Assembly (NCBI GenBank): GCA_039801885.1
Contig: JBDRVN010000023.1
Coordinates: 1-23,079, forward strand
DNA: 23,079 nucleotides
Source of the DNA: a candidate division WOR-3 bacterium
Lineage (GTDB): Bacteria > Hydrothermota > Tepidihabitantia > Tepidihabitantales > DTDR01
Direction: 5' to 3'
Both the position numbers and the translations under genes were made by a program. The notes under the pieces are model-generated. The model was not told where the DNA came from and made no database searches. It saw nothing but the letters and a program-made list of their open reading frames with translations. Of this stretch, positions 15,597 to 23,079 are shown piece after piece (the first letter of the stretch is position 1; every line of letters begins with the position of its first letter).

Positions 15597-18500
15597 CTAT
15601 TTAAGAAGTATATATTTTTTTATAAATTTAAACTTTCCTGAAGCTCCTTTAAAGAATAGGAAATAGATACCTTGCGATACGAAATTTCCTTTTTCGTTTT
15701 TTTTATCCCAAAAGACAATTCCGTTCTTTGGAATTTTAAATCTTCTTATTAGCGAGCCTTTTTTATCAAATATCATCAACTCGCCATTTTTTTCTTTTAT
15801 TTTAATCCTTATACCTTTTGTTATTAAAGTAGGGAAAATAGCAGTTTCCTCTTGAGAAATTTGTTCTTCTTTTTTGAATACTGGTGGCTTAGGCGGCAGA
15901 CGACTAACTAAAAAATCATCTATATAAAAACCTTCGCTTACCTGACCGTCGTCATCACTTTTGAAACTGATTCTAATTTGAATTGTTTCACCAATATTGA
16001 GAAAAGATAGGTCGTAAAACTCTTCACACCAATCTCCTTCAATAACTTTACTTTTTCCCAAGGCGCCACCGGTTCCAATAAAATCAAGGGTTTCTTGATT
16101 ATTGTGACGAATAATTATTATATATATTCCGTCGACTCCGTAATTAGGCACTTTAAACCATCGCCAGAATTTAAGATAGGGATTCTCTTCCACAATAAAA
16201 GGAATTGTTTGAAGAAAAGCATCCATATTATTGTTATATTTGCCAGAGGCTTCATTCCCGCAATAAAAGGAGGAATTGCCTGAATGGGCTCTTCTTGTTG
16301 AAAGATGCCATAGATTGGAAATACCTCCGGTTTGCCATAAAGAATCGCCGTTTTCCATATCGTCCCAAAAGCCCGTCCAGCCAATTAAAATTAGAAAGGT
16401 GTCAATAAATAGATAATTTTGGCAATGAATATTAAGCTGTAAAGAGGCAAGATGAGAAGATGGACAGGAAGGTAAAATAGAAATAAGAAAAGTGTCGGTA
16501 ATCTCTTTAATAGATTTTGGATCTATCTCACCATAAAATAGACTTTCGGGTGAGAGAACTTGGATATAAGGGTCAAGAGAAGAAAGGAATGCCCAGGAAT
16601 TATGACCAATTCCGAAACCATTATTATAAAGGGAAATATTTATTTTTTTCACTTCTCCAGGAAGGACCGGCTTATCTTTTATTTGTGAATAATACACACT
16701 TAAAATCGGCTCGCAAATCAAAAGAGATGTTTTGAAGATTCTTTCACCATTAATAGATAAATTAAGATAACAACAATACCCATTCCTTCCGTTCAAAATA
16801 GCTAATTTAAAACCCCTCTCAATCACTATTGATTCGTTTGGCAAAAGAGAGGAGAGATAATAAAAGGAATCAATAATTTTTAAAAAGGTATCAGAGGAAG
16901 AGAGATAGATATTGATATTATTAGCTGGCTCATTACCGCAGTTCTTTAAAATTGGCGAAAGAAAAATAGTCTCATTTGGATTTATGATTTGGTCATTGTT
17001 CCCAAGAGAATCATTTATGAGAAATCCCAGAAAATTAACATAACCACCAGAGGCAACAGGAATTTCTCTTTCTAAAGGATAAAAATTAGGAGCAGTAACA
17101 GTTAAGGAGAAATTAGTTTGTGTGTGGGCAACAGTTTTTAGAAATATTTCTCCCTTTTCATCGGTATATCCCCGCGAATAAGATTCGTTATCTTTGCTTA
17201 AACAAACTAAAGCATTTTTTACCGGTTTTCCCTGATAAGAAACATTAATAAGAATTCTTTCCTCTCCCCTTGGTATTTCATTAGGAAAAAAGACATCCAA
17301 AGAACAAGGTTCTTTACTCCAAACATTAATCTCCGGGTCGCCTAAAAGATTAACTTGATATTGATGCCAACGATAGACATTCTTTTGGCGTGAGAAAGGC
17401 AAATAATAGATTTTACTATAAGCCAAAGCCTCCCCTAAGCTTCTTTTATTTTTTAATAATTCAAAAAAGAAACGATTATCAAACTTATCGGAGTAGCCAA
17501 ATCCCGGATTTCCGGGTGAACCCCAACCATAACTAGAATTACCAATAAAAGCAATTCCACCGCCTGCTGGGTTCTTCACATAATGTTCAGCAATACAGTC
17601 GAAATCAAAAGCCGTTGTCCAACAACCAATAGAATATAAAACTCCATATTTTTGGAGATTGGTTATTGTATCCATATCCCTATTTCTTAAATAAGTGCCA
17701 CCGGTGGACATCACATCAATCCAACCATGCCCATCATGGTTTAATAAATTCTTTCCATTCCTTATTTCTGCCATTACTGCCGAACGACTCAAATTACCTA
17801 AACGCTCGTATAATTTGGTGATGCGAAGATCAGAAGAGAAAGATTCTCTTTCCATTTTATCCTTATGAACTCCGCCATCGGTATAAGGGTTTTGCCATAA
17901 GACTTCCGCAAAAAATAGAACATCGGATAAATAAGAAGGCAAAGGATTTTTTTCATAGGTTAGAACTTTATTAACAAATGCTTGCGCCTCAGTAATAGTA
18001 TTGACAGGTGCCCGACCAACAATTAAATCCGGATATAAATCAATTGAGTCTTCAACCTCGCCAAAAATAGTATCACCATCAAAATTCCAATCGCCATCCA
18101 AATCAGAATAATATAAATCACAAGGCAACTTATCTTCTCTCGGATGAAAACCAGCACTACAAGTCATCGCATAAGCAAAACGACAGGGGATAATATTAAC
18201 ATCACCTCCTAAAAGTAGCCATTTCACTCCGGAATCGGGAAGGGTCTTTAAATAATTTCTAATTTTTTCTGGCAAATCCCTTCCTGGATAACGGGCAGAA
18301 ACCCAAGAAACAGTTCTGATTACTGAGGGAATGCCTTTCTTCCTCTTCCAATTAACTAACCTCTCAAAAACAGTATCTAAAGGCGGCTCGGTAAGACAAA
18401 GATATTCAATATTTCTGGCAGGCTCAAAAGGTTTGAAATCTTCTCCTTCTAATTCCAATTTTAGTTTTATTTTCTTATAGAAAATAATCTTTTTTTCGAC

Positions 18501-18986
18501 TGGTATATACTGGACAGGATATATTAAAAATAAAGCAAATTCTTCTTCCCTTCCTTTGGTAATGCCAACAAATTCAAAAATCTTTCCAGGATAAGGTTCT
18601 TTACTTGAATAAACTTTTTCGTCTGGTAAAACAAAATCTATCTTTTCTGGTAAAAAAGAGAGGGGATACTGTTTTTGTGAAGGGGAAATTAAGAAATCTT
18701 CTTTTAATGTTTCTACTTCTATCTTTTCAATATCAATTTTAGATAACCTTTTTCCTTCTAATGGTATTATTTCGCTAAAAACTGGTAGTCGGGGTTTCCC
18801 GATCTCATCGGTGAGTTCACAATTAGGAAGGAGAATAATAGAAAAATTATCTTTTTTTTCAATTATTAAATCTTCAAAAGAAAACTCTTTTATAAGGTAG
18901 TTGCTAGCCGATGATAGATTATTAAATAAAAAAAGAATGAAAATTATCTTACTCATTATAATTTTACAATATTCTTTTATTCTCAC
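15597..18986 (-). CDS. Gingipain-like C25 family cysteine peptidase with propeptide, Ig-like domains and T9SS-like C-terminal domain (start GTG 18986 or ATG 18956)
   Basis: Propeptide (GKPRLP, YPVQYIP), WKRKKG, LLLGGD, CDLYYSDLDGDW, VGRAP, catalytic dyad NHDGHG / IGCWT, NLLGDP, TVTAPN; CTD IFDKKGSLIR..WD..G..VSQGIYF. Confidence 0.9.
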   Translation of the reverse strand: MRIKEYCKIIMSKIIFILFLFNNLSSASNYLIKEFSFEDLIIEKKDNFSIILLPNCELTDEIGKPRLPVFSEIIPLEGKRLSKIDIEKIEVETLKEDFLISPSQKQYPLSFLPEKIDFVLPDEKVYSSKEPYPGKIFEFVGITKGREEEFALFLIYPVQYIPVEKKIIFYKKIKLKLELEGEDFKPFEPARNIEYLCLTEPPLDTVFERLVNWKRKKGIPSVIRTVSWVSARYPGRDLPEKIRNYLKTLPDSGVKWLLLGGDVNIIPCRFAYAMTCSAGFHPREDKLPCDLYYSDLDGDWNFDGDTIFGEVEDSIDLYPDLIVGRAPVNTITEAQAFVNKVLTYEKNPLPSYLSDVLFFAEVLWQNPYTDGGVHKDKMERESFSSDLRITKLYERLGNLSRSAVMAEIRNGKNLLNHDGHGWIDVMSTGGTYLRNRDMDTITNLQKYGVLYSIGCWTTAFDFDCIAEHYVKNPAGGGIAFIGNSSYGWGSPGNPGFGYSDKFDNRFFFELLKNKRSLGEALAYSKIYYLPFSRQKNVYRWHQYQVNLLGDPEINVWSKEPCSLDVFFPNEIPRGEERILINVSYQGKPVKNALVCLSKDNESYSRGYTDEKGEIFLKTVAHTQTNFSLTVTAPNFYPLEREIPVASGGYVNFLGFLINDSLGNNDQIINPNETIFLSPILKNCGNEPANNINIYLSSSDTFLKIIDSFYYLSSLLPNESIVIERGFKLAILNGRNGYCCYLNLSINGERIFKTSLLICEPILSVYYSQIKDKPVLPGEVKKINISLYNNGFGIGHNSWAFLSSLDPYIQVLSPESLFYGEIDPKSIKEITDTFLISILPSCPSSHLASLQLNIHCQNYLFIDTFLILIGWTGFWDDMENGDSLWQTGGISNLWHLSTRRAHSGNSSFYCGNEASGKYNNNMDAFLQTIPFIVEENPYLKFWRWFKVPNYGVDGIYIIIIRHNNQETLDFIGTGGALGKSKVIEGDWCEEFYDLSFLNIGETIQIRISFKSDDDGQVSEGFYIDDFLVSRLPPKPPVFKKEEQISQEETAIFPTLITKGIRIKIKEKNGELMIFDKKGSLIRRFKIPKNGIVFWDKKNEKGNFVSQGIYFLFFKGASGKFKFIKKYILLK

Positions 18987-18994
18987 ATATTTTT

Positions 18995-19022
18995 ATTTTA
19001 ATAAAAAATTATCAAAAATCAA
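18995..19022 (-). promoter_or_regulatory. Putative sigma70 promoter of the C25 peptidase gene
   Basis: TTGATT(19022-19017)-N16-TAAAAT(19000-18995)-N6-ATGTGA; in-frame GTG 8 nt after the -10. Confidence 0.55.
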
Positions 19023-19145
19023 AAAGGAGAACTTCCGTATTATATATAAAATAATGAAAGGACATTAATTTTAAGAGATAAAGGATTATTTAAAAGGTTT
19101 CTAAAGGTAGGGAGAGAACATTTTTGATAGGATAAATTCAAATAC

Positions 19146-19173
19146 TTGAAAAAAATAAGGAAATTGTTAAAAT
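19146..19173 (+). promoter_or_regulatory. Sigma70 promoter (extended -10) of etfA (probably leaderless)
   Basis: TTGAAA(19146-19151)-N16-TAAAAT(19168-19173), with TGn directly before the -10, then N8-ATG(19182); no SD. Confidence 0.7.
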
Positions 19174-19181
19174 AAAAAATT

Positions 19182-20144
19182 ATGATTTTAGTTTATCCGG
19201 AAATTAGGGAGAATCAAATAAAACGAGTTAGTTTTGAATTATGTGTGCTTGCTTATTCTTTGGCTAAGAGATTAAAGAAAGAGGTCGGATTATTTCTTTT
19301 GGCTCCTAACGCCAAAGATTATCTTTCTTCTTTTAAGAACTTTGGGATAGATAAATTTTTTCTTTACGAAGAGAGTAATCAACTCACTTCTTCACAAATC
19401 GGCGAAATTCTTTCTTCTTTAATCAAAAAGGAAAGTATTTCTCTTGTGCTTCTGCCAGCAACAATTAAGGGAAAAGAGCTTGGGCCAATTTTGGCAACCT
19501 ATTTTCAAAAACCTTTTTTTCAAGATATTATCTCTTTAGAAGTTCTTGATAACAAATTTAAAATCCTTAAACCAATTTATGCTGGTAAGGTAATTTCCGA
19601 AATTCTTTTAGAAAGAGATTCTCCTCTCTTTTTCTCTATCCGGCCAAAGGCAATTAGTGTTGCCGAAGGTGAAATTGCTGAACCTGAGATTATTGAACTT
19701 GATAAAATAGATACCGAAGCAAAGGTTAAAGTACTTGATTTTGTAAAAAAATTAGCCAGTAAGATTGATTTACAAGAGGCTGATATTATTATTTCCGGTG
19801 GTAGAGGAGTGAAAGAAGCAGAGAATTTTAAGATTTTAGAAGAATTGGCAAGTCTTTTGAATGCCGCGGTTGGTGCTTCACGGGCAGCAGTTGATGCGGG
19901 TTGGCGAGACCATTCTGACCAAGTGGGTCAGACCGGAAAAATAGTGGCACCAACTTTGTATATCGCCTGCGGTATTTCCGGCGCTATTCAGCATCTCGTA
20001 GGAATGATTAACTCCAAAGTAATAGTTGCCATTAATAAAGATAAAGAGGCAAATATCTTTAAGGTTTGTGATTACGGAATTGTTGGTGATTTATTTGAGA
20101 TTGTACCATTATTGATTGAGGAGATAAAAAAATTAAAAGAGTAA
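19182..20144 (+). CDS. etfA: Electron transfer flavoprotein subunit alpha
   Basis: KPIYAGK, ADIIISGGRG, VGASRAAVDAGW, QVGQTGKIVAPTLYIACGISGAIQHLVGM, AINKD, DYGIVGDLFEIVP. Confidence 0.96.
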   Translation: MILVYPEIRENQIKRVSFELCVLAYSLAKRLKKEVGLFLLAPNAKDYLSSFKNFGIDKFFLYEESNQLTSSQIGEILSSLIKKESISLVLLPATIKGKELGPILATYFQKPFFQDIISLEVLDNKFKILKPIYAGKVISEILLERDSPLFFSIRPKAISVAEGEIAEPEIIELDKIDTEAKVKVLDFVKKLASKIDLQEADIIISGGRGVKEAENFKILEELASLLNAAVGASRAAVDAGWRDHSDQVGQTGKIVAPTLYIACGISGAIQHLVGMINSKVIVAINKDKEANIFKVCDYGIVGDLFEIVPLLIEEIKKLKE

Positions 20145-20147
20145 ACT

Positions 20148-21224
20148 ATGAATATTAATACCTGTATCCAATGTGCCCGTTGTACAAGTTCCTGTCCGGT
20201 AAATAGAAGTAATTTGAATATTAGAAGATTAATGTATTTAGAACAGATTTCTATAAAAGAACTTCCAGAAAAAGACCAATTGGCAATTTGGGAATGTACT
20301 ACCTGCCAAACCTGTTCATTAAGATGTCCAAAAGATTGCCAGCCAATGGATTTGGTTCTAAATTTAAGAAAGGCAGAAATAGAAAAAGGTCGGATAGAAG
20401 AAAGTATTATTCAAGCCTTAGAAAGCACCTATCTTTTTGGCAATCCCTGGCAAAGGGCAAGGGAAAAGAGGATTGAGTGGAATAAAGAATTAAATGTGCG
20501 AGTAATAAAAGAAGGCGAAGAAGTGGAAAATCTACTTTTTATTTGTTGTACTATCCATTATGATACAAGATTTTTTAATCTTTTAAAGAACTTTATTTCT
20601 CTTTTAAGAAAATTAGATATTGATTTTGGGATGATTGGCGAAGAAGAAAATTGCTGTGGTAGCGAGATAAAAAGGTTAGGCGAAGAGGGATTATTTTTAG
20701 AATTAAAACAAAAAAATGAAGAGATAATTAATAGAGTAAAGAAAAAAAGGATAATCACCCTTTCGCCCCATTGTTATAATGTTTTAAAAAAAGATTATAA
20801 TTTAAATACTGAGATTTATCATTATACCCAATTTTTATATGAGATAAAAGATAAGATAGATGACTTTATCAAAAAAGATAGTAGGAAAATTATCTATCAT
20901 GACCCTTGTTTTTTAGGAAAACAAAATAAGATCTTTGATGAACCAAGAGAATTATTAAGATTAACTACGGATAATTTAATGGAGTTTGACCAGAGTCGAG
21001 AGAATTCATTATGTTGCGAAGGAGGTGGAGGTCGGATGTGGATTGAAAAGAAAGGAAAAGAGAGATTAGCAGAGATAAGGGTAAGGGAGGCAATTTCTAA
21101 GGAGGCAGAAATTATTGCGGTTTGTTGTCCTTTTTGTCTCTTAACAATTGAAGATGCCACCAAGGTTTTGGGAGTCGATGAGAAGATAAGGGTTTTTGAT
21201 ATCTTAGAACTTTTTTCTTTTTAA
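20148..21224 (+). CDS. HdrD/GlpC-like Fe-S oxidoreductase (2x[4Fe-4S] + two CCG domains)
   Basis: CIQCARCTSSCP, CTTCQTCSLRCP, GNPW, EENCCG, SPHC, YHDPCFLG, CCEGGGGRMW, CPFC. Confidence 0.9.
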   Translation: MNINTCIQCARCTSSCPVNRSNLNIRRLMYLEQISIKELPEKDQLAIWECTTCQTCSLRCPKDCQPMDLVLNLRKAEIEKGRIEESIIQALESTYLFGNPWQRAREKRIEWNKELNVRVIKEGEEVENLLFICCTIHYDTRFFNLLKNFISLLRKLDIDFGMIGEEENCCGSEIKRLGEEGLFLELKQKNEEIINRVKKKRIITLSPHCYNVLKKDYNLNTEIYHYTQFLYEIKDKIDDFIKKDSRKIIYHDPCFLGKQNKIFDEPRELLRLTTDNLMEFDQSRENSLCCEGGGGRMWIEKKGKERLAEIRVREAISKEAEIIAVCCPFCLLTIEDATKVLGVDEKIRVFDILELFSF

Positions 21225-21230
21225 AACCAA

Positions 21231-23079
21231 ATGAAAAGAAAAAAAATTAAGATTTTTTTAATTCCCTTTCTTTCTTCACTTATTTTCTTCTTTTTTGTTA
21301 TTCCCCTCACTTATTATCTACTAAGTTTTGACTTACCATCTTTGGAAGAGATCCAAACCTACACTCCACCAGTCTCAACAAGGGTTTTAGATTGTAAAGG
21401 TAGATTGATTGGTGAATTTTTTGAGCAAAAAAGAAGGGTTGTTTCCTTAAATGAAATTCCGAGATATCTGACAGATGCCTTGATTGTTGTTGAAGATAAG
21501 CGATTTTATTCCCATTCCGGAATTGATGTGATAAGAATTATTGGAGCTTTTTTTTATAATTTAAAAAGTTTAAGCATTAGGCAAGGTGCTTCCACAATCA
21601 CTCAACAACTCGCAAGAAATATGTTTTTAACATATAAAAAAGATATTATTAGAAAGATAAAAGAATTGATACTGGCAATAAAATTGGAAAGAAGTTATAC
21701 CAAAGAGGAGATATTAGAAAGATATTTAAATCAGGTCTATTTTGGTTACGGTCTCTATGGTATCGAAGCTGCTTCCCAAGGATTTTTTGGTAAAAGTGTT
21801 AAAGATTTAAGTTTAAGTGAAGCCTGTTTTTTGATAAGTATTATTAAATCACCTAATTATTATTCTCCTTATAAAAATTTTGATTTGGTTTTAAAAAGAA
21901 GGGATTTCTTTTTAAAAATGCTTTATGAAAAGAAGAAAATAAGCGAGGAAGAATACAAGAAGGCATTAAAAGAAAAGATAAATATTTTACCTTTGCAAAG
22001 AAATCGTCAAGAAATGGGTTATGTTATGGAAATGATAAGACAATATATTGAAGACCTTTTTGGCACTGATTATTTATATAAGAAGGGATTGACAATTTAT
22101 ACAACAATTGATTTAGATCTCCAAAGAGAAGCAAGTATTGCCTTAGAAAAAAGATTGAGAGAGATTGAAGAAAATTACCAGTTTAAAGAGAAAAAGAAAG
22201 GTTATGAGGAAATTTATAAAGAAAAGAAAGGAGAAATATCACCGCCCAACTATTTACAAGGAGCATTAGTGTGTGTTGAAAATAAAACCGGATTTATTAA
22301 GGCATTGATTGGTGGTAGAGATTTTTTTCATTCTCAACTCAACAGGGCAGTTCAAACAAAAAGACAACCGGGCAGTGCTTTTAAGGTTTTTGTTTATACC
22401 GCGGCGATTGATAATGGTTATAAACCATCAGATATAATTGAAGATAGCCCAATAAGTATTGATATTACTGGTGTCCAGGAACCTTATGAGCCAAAAAATT
22501 ATGATTATCGTTATATTGGAAAGATAACTTTAAGAAAGGCGCTTGCCCTATCAAGAAATGTTTGTGCCGTAAGATTGATTGAAAAATTGACACCAGAAAA
22601 AGTATGTGAATATGCCTATTTAATGGGAATAAATAGTAAATTAAGACCTTATTATTCTTTGGCATTAGGTTCTTCAGAAGTTTCCCTTTTAGAGATGGTA
22701 AGAAGTTTTGCTACTTTGGCAAATTTGGGAAAGAAAATAGTACCCATTTTAATAACTAAGATTGTTGATAATGACGGAGTTGTTTTAAAGGAGAATTATC
22801 CATCTTCCGAACAGGTGCTTTCTTCCCAAACAGCCTATTTAGTTACCGCAATGTTAAAAAGTGTTTTGGATGAAGGAACAGGCTATTTAATTAGAAGATA
22901 TGGCTATTATGGAATTGGTGCTGGTAAAACCGGAACAACCGATAATTTTACCGATGCCTGGTTTATTGGTTATACTCCTTATTTAACTTGTGGTATCTGG
23001 ACAGGTTTTGATAAAAAGAAAAAGATATTTGAAGGTGCTACTGGTGGTGTTGTTTGTGCGCCCATTTGGGCAGAATTTA
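21231..23079 (+). CDS. Class A penicillin-binding protein (PBP1A family), truncated by window edge
   Basis: Not in the track (no stop in window). MKRKKIK + TM; GT51 motifs EDKRFYSHSG, GASTITQQLARN, RKIKE, KEEILERYLN; transpeptidase motifs QPGSAFK, SRN, GKTGT. Frame confirmed at the start and at 22863-22940. Confidence 0.93.
   Translation, partial: MKRKKIKIFLIPFLSSLIFFFFVIPLTYYLLSFDLPSLEEIQTYTPPVSTRVLDCKGRLIGEFFEQKRRVVSLNEIPRYLTDALIVVEDKRFYSHSGIDVIRIIGAFFYNLKSLSIRQGASTITQQLARNMFLTYKKDIIRKIKELILAIKLERSYTKEEILERYLNQVYFGYGLYGIEAASQGFFGKSVKDLSLSEACFLISIIKSPNYYSPYKNFDLVLKRRDFFLKMLYEKKKISEEEYKKALKEKINILPLQRNRQEMGYVMEMIRQYIEDLFGTDYLYKKGLTIYTTIDLDLQREASIALEKRLREIEENYQFKEKKKGYEEIYKEKKGEISPPNYLQGALVCVENKTGFIKALIGGRDFFHSQLNRAVQTKRQPGSAFKVFVYTAAIDNGYKPSDIIEDSPISIDITGVQEPYEPKNYDYRYIGKITLRKALALSRNVCAVRLIEKLTPEKVCEYAYLMGINSKLRPYYSLALGSSEVSLLEMVRSFATLANLGKKIVPILITKIVDNDGVVLKENYPSSEQVLSSQTAYLVTAMLKSVLDEGTGYLIRRYGYYGIGAGKTGTTDNFTDAWFIGYTPYLTCGIWTGFDKKKKIFEGATGGVVCAPIWAEF

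Noticed and set aside
19023-19145. ncRNA or riboswitch in the C25-etfA intergenic gap
   Set aside because: Purine/AT-rich with no stable pairing or known motif, and it lies upstream of both divergent promoters.
20148-21224. Additional selenocysteine in the HdrD-like, DUF362 or radical SAM genes
   Set aside because: Their frames are open with Cys codons at the motifs, and the UGA stops elsewhere follow complete domains.
72-22665. Short alternative ORFs (72..332, 721..924, 1379..1603, 3015..3215, 4184..4420, 8608..8874, 9708..9896, 10276..10521, 11164..11415, 11285..11557, 16095..16735 group, 20288..21163 group, 22465..22665)
   Set aside because: All are antisense or out-of-frame shadows lying within well-supported genes and have no recognisable motifs.

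Overview
AT-rich, very compact bacterial chromosomal window from a diderm anaerobe. LptFG, a gingipain-like C25 protease and T9SS-type C-terminal sorting domains suggest an FCB-group lineage such as WOR-3; this is inference, not verified. No mobile element, CRISPR array, tRNA or rRNA was seen. The ORF track misses or truncates three genes: (1) selD most likely starts at ATG 1769 and encodes a selenoprotein, with in-frame UGA at codon 17 (CPG-U-ASK) followed by a SECIS-like hairpin; (2) an AmmeMemoRadiSam-type radical SAM gene overlaps the selD 3' end and runs off the left edge; (3) a class A PBP runs off the right edge. Other content: a DsbD_2/TauE-like membrane protein; an rseC-hypothetical-ECF sigma-ZAS anti-sigma-mnmA-lptF-lptG operon; a secreted triple-repeat protein; an amrS-DUF362-scpA-Mth938-DUF488-nadA operon; a C25 protease; and etfA with an HdrD/GlpC-like gene. 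The most notable signals are sigma70 promoters ending 5-8 nt before the start codon of six operon-first genes (probable leaderless mRNAs, including the selenoprotein), the selD(Sec)-radical SAM overlap, hydrophobic N-termini on both radical SAM paralogs, and a ~100 bp nested-palindrome element upstream of selD.
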